A stretch of DNA of 18,230 nt from NCBI GenBank assembly GCA_037446635.1, contig JBBIIG010000077.1, positions 1 through 18,230 on the forward strand, given 5' to 3'. The position numbers and the translations under genes are program-made. Each line of letters starts with the position of its first letter. Position 1 is the stretch's first letter. Shown one piece after another: positions 14,711-18,230 of the stretch. The DNA is from a bacterium (GTDB lineage: Bacteria; Zhuqueibacterota; Zhuqueibacteria; Oceanimicrobiales; Oceanimicrobiaceae). Under the pieces are notes generated by a model. The model saw only the letters and a list, made by a program, of their open reading frames with translations, searched no databases and was not told the DNA's origin.

Positions 14711-16720
14711 ATGAACAGGAAGTCTCTCCTCGCGTTTCTGCTGCTTATTTTTTTCCCTATTGCCCAGCCGGGCTTTCCTCAAACCAACTCGCGGCCGCAA
14801 GCGGATACCACGAAGGTGAGCCGCCCAAAAGCGCCGTGGGGAACCCAGTACCGTCTTGGCAAAGACGCGGTTGATTTTGATTTCAACAAAAGCTCGACGA
14901 CTGCTGCCGATGAGGCGGCCAGCAGCGCGCCACTGCCGTTGTTTGGGATCGATCTGTTTTCAAAAGGGGCAGCCGGAGTTTCCGGCGAGCCGGCCGAAGC
15001 GTTCGTTTTGCCGCCCAATTACAAATTGGGTCCGGGCGATAAAATCGGAATTTTTCTTCTCGGCAAAACCCACGAAACCCTCGAAGCGATCATCAACGTC
15101 GAGGGCAAAGTGTATATCCCGCCCGCCGGCGTCCTTCATGTCTGGGGTTTGACGCTCGATGAATTTAAGGATTTGCTGAATAAAAAACTTTCCCCCTACT
15201 ACCACAACTTCACCCTCGAGTTGATGCTGCTGCAGCCCAAGAACGTCATGGTCGCCGTGGTGGGCGAAGTGCTGCAGCCCGGCAAATACGTGTTGAGCGC
15301 CCTGAACACGGTGCTCGACGCTATCATTTTGGCCGGCGGTCCCACCGAGAACGGCTCCATGCGCGGCATCCAGCTTTTGCGCGATCAAAACCAATTTGCC
15401 TCCATCGATCTCTATCAATTTTTGCTGAGCGGGCAAAACGATCGCGACGTGTTTTTGGAAGTGGGCGACCGCATCGTCGTGCCGCTGGCGCAAAATAAAA
15501 TTTCCATTGAAGGGGAAGTCAAGCGCCCCTACGTCTTCGAGTTGAAACCGGACGGCAGCGAGCGGCTCACCGATTTGATCGATCTGGCCGGCGGCTTCAG
15601 CGATTTTGCGTTTCTCGACCGGATTGAGTTGAGCCGATTGCAGGAGAAGGGTCACCGCAAAGTGATTTATCTCAATTATCACGAAATCATCGCCGGCGAC
15701 AGCACGCAGAATCTGATTTTGCAAAATGAGGATCGCGTGCGGGTCTATTCCAAGCTCGAACAAATTCACACCCGCCAGGTGGCGATTTTTGGGGAGATCA
15801 AAAAACCCGGCTTGTATGAGTTGGAAGACAACATGCACCTCAGCGATCTCATTCTCAAAGCCGGCAACCTCACCCGCAAGGCTTACACCCTCGAAGCCGA
15901 AGTCGCGAAAATCGATCCCGGCCAGCCGACGAAATTTCTGAAAGTGAATCTCGAACATCTCAACAACGGCGCCAACGGCGATGCCGACATCCTGCTGGAG
16001 GAGGATGATCAGGTGTTCATCCGCCAGATTCCGGATTGGCGTGTCGGCTTGACAGTGGAAGTGCAAGGTGAAGTAACGTTCCCGGGCAAATATTCCATCG
16101 TGAAGGACAGCACCTACCTGAGCGAGATTTTGCAAAAAGCCGGCTTCTTCACCCACGAGGCCTTTCTCCAGGAGGCGGTGGTGATCCGTCCCAGCACGCG
16201 GCTGAAGTTCGACAAAGAGTTCGAGCGCTTGCGGGAATTGCGGCGCGAGGAGATGTCGGACCTCGAATACCAATATTTTGTGATGCGCCAGAACACCGCC
16301 GACGTCAACCACATCGTGGTGGATTTTGAGAAATTGGTGTATGAAAACGATCACAGCCAGGACGTGATTTTGGAAGACGGCGACATCATCGTGGTGCCAA
16401 AAGCACCGACGGTAGTCACCGTCAGCGGCCGCGTGGCCAACCCCGGCGGCGTCACTTACGTGCCCGGCGCCGATCTCAAATATTATCTCACCAAAGCCGG
16501 CGGCGCCTCGTGGGATGCCAGCCTGAAGCGCGCCAAAGTGATCAAAGTCACCGGCGAAGTGCTGGACGATGAGGACGTCAAATCTTTTGCCCCGGGCGAC
16601 ATCATCTGGGTGCCGCGCCGCTCCGATAAAAAATTCTGGCCGGTGTTCCTGCAAACCGTCGCGGTGATGGCGCAGCTCGCCTCTATTTATCTGATCATTC
16701 ATACGTCAATTAACAACTGA
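14711..16720 (+). CDS. Polysaccharide export protein with multiple SLBB domains (OPX, KpsD/Wza-like), ~669 aa
   Basis: Signal peptide MNRKSLLAFLLLIFF, Poly_export motif YKLGPGDKI...EGKVYIP, repeated V.GEV..PG.Y...AGG and L..GD.I.VP SLBB units, C-terminal amphipathic helix. Confidence 0.92.
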   Translation: MNRKSLLAFLLLIFFPIAQPGFPQTNSRPQADTTKVSRPKAPWGTQYRLGKDAVDFDFNKSSTTAADEAASSAPLPLFGIDLFSKGAAGVSGEPAEAFVLPPNYKLGPGDKIGIFLLGKTHETLEAIINVEGKVYIPPAGVLHVWGLTLDEFKDLLNKKLSPYYHNFTLELMLLQPKNVMVAVVGEVLQPGKYVLSALNTVLDAIILAGGPTENGSMRGIQLLRDQNQFASIDLYQFLLSGQNDRDVFLEVGDRIVVPLAQNKISIEGEVKRPYVFELKPDGSERLTDLIDLAGGFSDFAFLDRIELSRLQEKGHRKVIYLNYHEIIAGDSTQNLILQNEDRVRVYSKLEQIHTRQVAIFGEIKKPGLYELEDNMHLSDLILKAGNLTRKAYTLEAEVAKIDPGQPTKFLKVNLEHLNNGANGDADILLEEDDQVFIRQIPDWRVGLTVEVQGEVTFPGKYSIVKDSTYLSEILQKAGFFTHEAFLQEAVVIRPSTRLKFDKEFERLRELRREEMSDLEYQYFVMRQNTADVNHIVVDFEKLVYENDHSQDVILEDGDIIVVPKAPTVVTVSGRVANPGGVTYVPGADLKYYLTKAGGASWDASLKRAKVIKVTGEVLDDEDVKSFAPGDIIWVPRRSDKKFWPVFLQTVAVMAQLASIYLIIHTSINN

Positions 16721-16730
16721 GATGATAATA

Positions 16731-16834
16731 TGGAGTACTGGAGCTTGCTGGATTAATGTAAATCAAAGCTCTGCTTTGATACGCAACCAGAGGTTTGCTT
16801 TACAATTCGTTACTCCAGTACTCCAAACACTCCA
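16731..16834. repeat. Intergenic inverted repeat made of ACTCCA-containing units, enclosing smaller hairpins
   Basis: Perfect 13-bp pair tggagtactggag (16731-16743) / ctccagtactcca (16813-16825), an extra actcca unit ending at 16834, and internal hairpin atcaaagc/gctttgat. Confidence 0.75.
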
Positions 16835-16857
16835 CTTTGACGACAACACAAATCATT

Positions 16858-18114
16858 ATGAAAAGCTCAGAACAAAATAACGAGATAGACCTGCTGGATT
16901 ATCTAAACGTCATCATCAAACGCCGGCGCATGATCTTGCGCAACGCGTTTTACGCGGCGCTGGCGATGGCGCTCATCAGTCTCGTGCTTCCTAAAACCTA
17001 CACCGCCACCACTACTCTGCTTCCTCCCGAAGACAGCAGCAAATCAGGACTGCAAAGCTTGCTTGCCAACTCGCCGGTTTCGTTTTTAGACCTCGGCGGA
17101 CTCGGAACCTCTTCCGCCGATTTGTTTGTGGAGATTTTGAAAAGCCGTTCGGTGGCGGAAGGCGTTCTGCAAACAAAATATGCCTACCGCGACACCTTGC
17201 AGAACCTCTACGAAATCTGGGGGATGAGCAGCCGCGACCAGGCCGTTAAAAAATTGCGCGGCAAAACCACCGTCATTTTGAACGAGCAGGGCATCATTCA
17301 AATTGCGGTGGAGCTGCACCATCCCGAGCTGGCGGCGCAGGTCGCCAATGCCTACGTCGCCGAGCTGGATCGCGTGAATCGCGAAAAGAGCGTCTCCAAA
17401 GCCAAGAACTCCCGCGCCTACATCGAAGAACAATTGCAAATCACCGAAGCGAATCTCAAAAAAGCGGCGACGGAGTTGGCGCAGTACCAATCGCAATTCA
17501 AGGCGCTGGATTTGCAGGAGCAGACTAAAGTCGCGATTGAAAAAGCCGGCGAGCTCAAGGGCACGATCATTGCCAAAGAGGTGGAATTGCAGTTAGCCCT
17601 GCAGATCATGAAGCCGAACAATCCGGCGGTGGTTCGCCTGCAAACCGAGCTGAACGAATTGCGCAAACAATTCGAGCATCTGCAATTTGGCAATTCGGTG
17701 GCGTTTGAAGATAAAAAGGATTATTTCATCCCATTTTCCGATGTGCCGGAAGTGGGCGTGCGGCTCGCCGAGCTTCTCCGCGAGGTCAAAGTGCAGGAAA
17801 CCGTCTGGCAGCTTTTGAACCAGCAATATTACAGCGCCAAAATTCAGGAGGCGCGGGACACCCCCACGGTGCAGGTTTTAGACGAGGCCAAACCGCCGGA
17901 GCGCCGCACCAAACCCAAACGGGCGCTGCTGGTGCTGGTCGCGGGATTTTTGACGTTTATGTTTAGCGTGTTCTGGGCGTTTGTTTTGGAATACGGCGAA
18001 CGGGTGCGCGCGCGCCAGGAGGAATACCAGAAGCTGAATCATATTGCCGGCGAAATTCGCGCGGATTATTATAAATTAAAAGACACGCTGCGCAGATTTT
18101 TTAGACAAAGATAA
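16858..18114 (+). CDS. Polysaccharide co-polymerase / chain-length determinant (Wzz/GNVR, GumC-like) without a kinase domain, ~418 aa
   Basis: EIDLLDYLNVIIKRRRMI, TM1, PKTYTATTTLLPP, long coiled coil, VQVLDEAKPPERRTKPKR, TM2. No Walker A tail. ATG 16858 preferred over TTG 16795. Confidence 0.9.
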   Translation: MKSSEQNNEIDLLDYLNVIIKRRRMILRNAFYAALAMALISLVLPKTYTATTTLLPPEDSSKSGLQSLLANSPVSFLDLGGLGTSSADLFVEILKSRSVAEGVLQTKYAYRDTLQNLYEIWGMSSRDQAVKKLRGKTTVILNEQGIIQIAVELHHPELAAQVANAYVAELDRVNREKSVSKAKNSRAYIEEQLQITEANLKKAATELAQYQSQFKALDLQEQTKVAIEKAGELKGTIIAKEVELQLALQIMKPNNPAVVRLQTELNELRKQFEHLQFGNSVAFEDKKDYFIPFSDVPEVGVRLAELLREVKVQETVWQLLNQQYYSAKIQEARDTPTVQVLDEAKPPERRTKPKRALLVLVAGFLTFMFSVFWAFVLEYGERVRARQEEYQKLNHIAGEIRADYYKLKDTLRRFFRQR

Positions 18115-18230
18115 TTTGAAACCTGTCGCGGCGTCCAATGTTTTTATTTGCCGGCTGTTGCGGAATGGTTTTTTAGGACGCTGATTAAGTCAGATTTTCG
18201 CAGATTAATTTTTAAATCATGTCGGTCTTA

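Noticed and set aside
14960..16702. 580-aa minus-strand ORF
   Set aside because: Lies entirely antisense to the well-supported SLBB gene and has no recognisable motifs. Typical shadow ORF from codon bias.
1..18230. CRISPR array, tRNA, rRNA, transposase or integrase
   Set aside because: None seen. The palindromes are isolated and differ from each other, with no repeat-spacer periodicity.

Overview
Bacterial chromosomal window, almost all coding on the + strand. The NYPNPFNP/FlgD-type secretion tail and tandem GAF-SpoIIE genes suggest an FCB-related lineage such as KSB1, Calditrichota or Ignavibacteria (inference only). Contents in order: (1) two tandem GAF + PP2C/SpoIIE phosphatases, the first truncated by the window edge, and an abutting c-type cytochrome lipoprotein; (2) a REP-like palindromic element and a convergent secreted beta-propeller protein; (3) an arsenic module with a Cys-rich MarR, arsN2 and arsM, and a repeated 19-bp operator-like palindrome; (4) a structured intergenic region, an alkaline-phosphatase-superfamily metalloenzyme, amrB-amrA without amrS, an HD dNTP-triphosphohydrolase with altered motifs and a lone EcfA2 ATPase; (5) a sigma-54 activator with no recognisable input domain, with near-identical -24/-12 promoters before its own gene and before the next gene, which encodes a secreted FN3 + 3x Ig-like + sorting-domain protein; (6) the start of a polysaccharide export locus (SLBB/OPX, Wzz/GNVR). 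The best candidate for an undescribed system is (5)-(6). All family calls come from motif recognition by eye; no searches were run.
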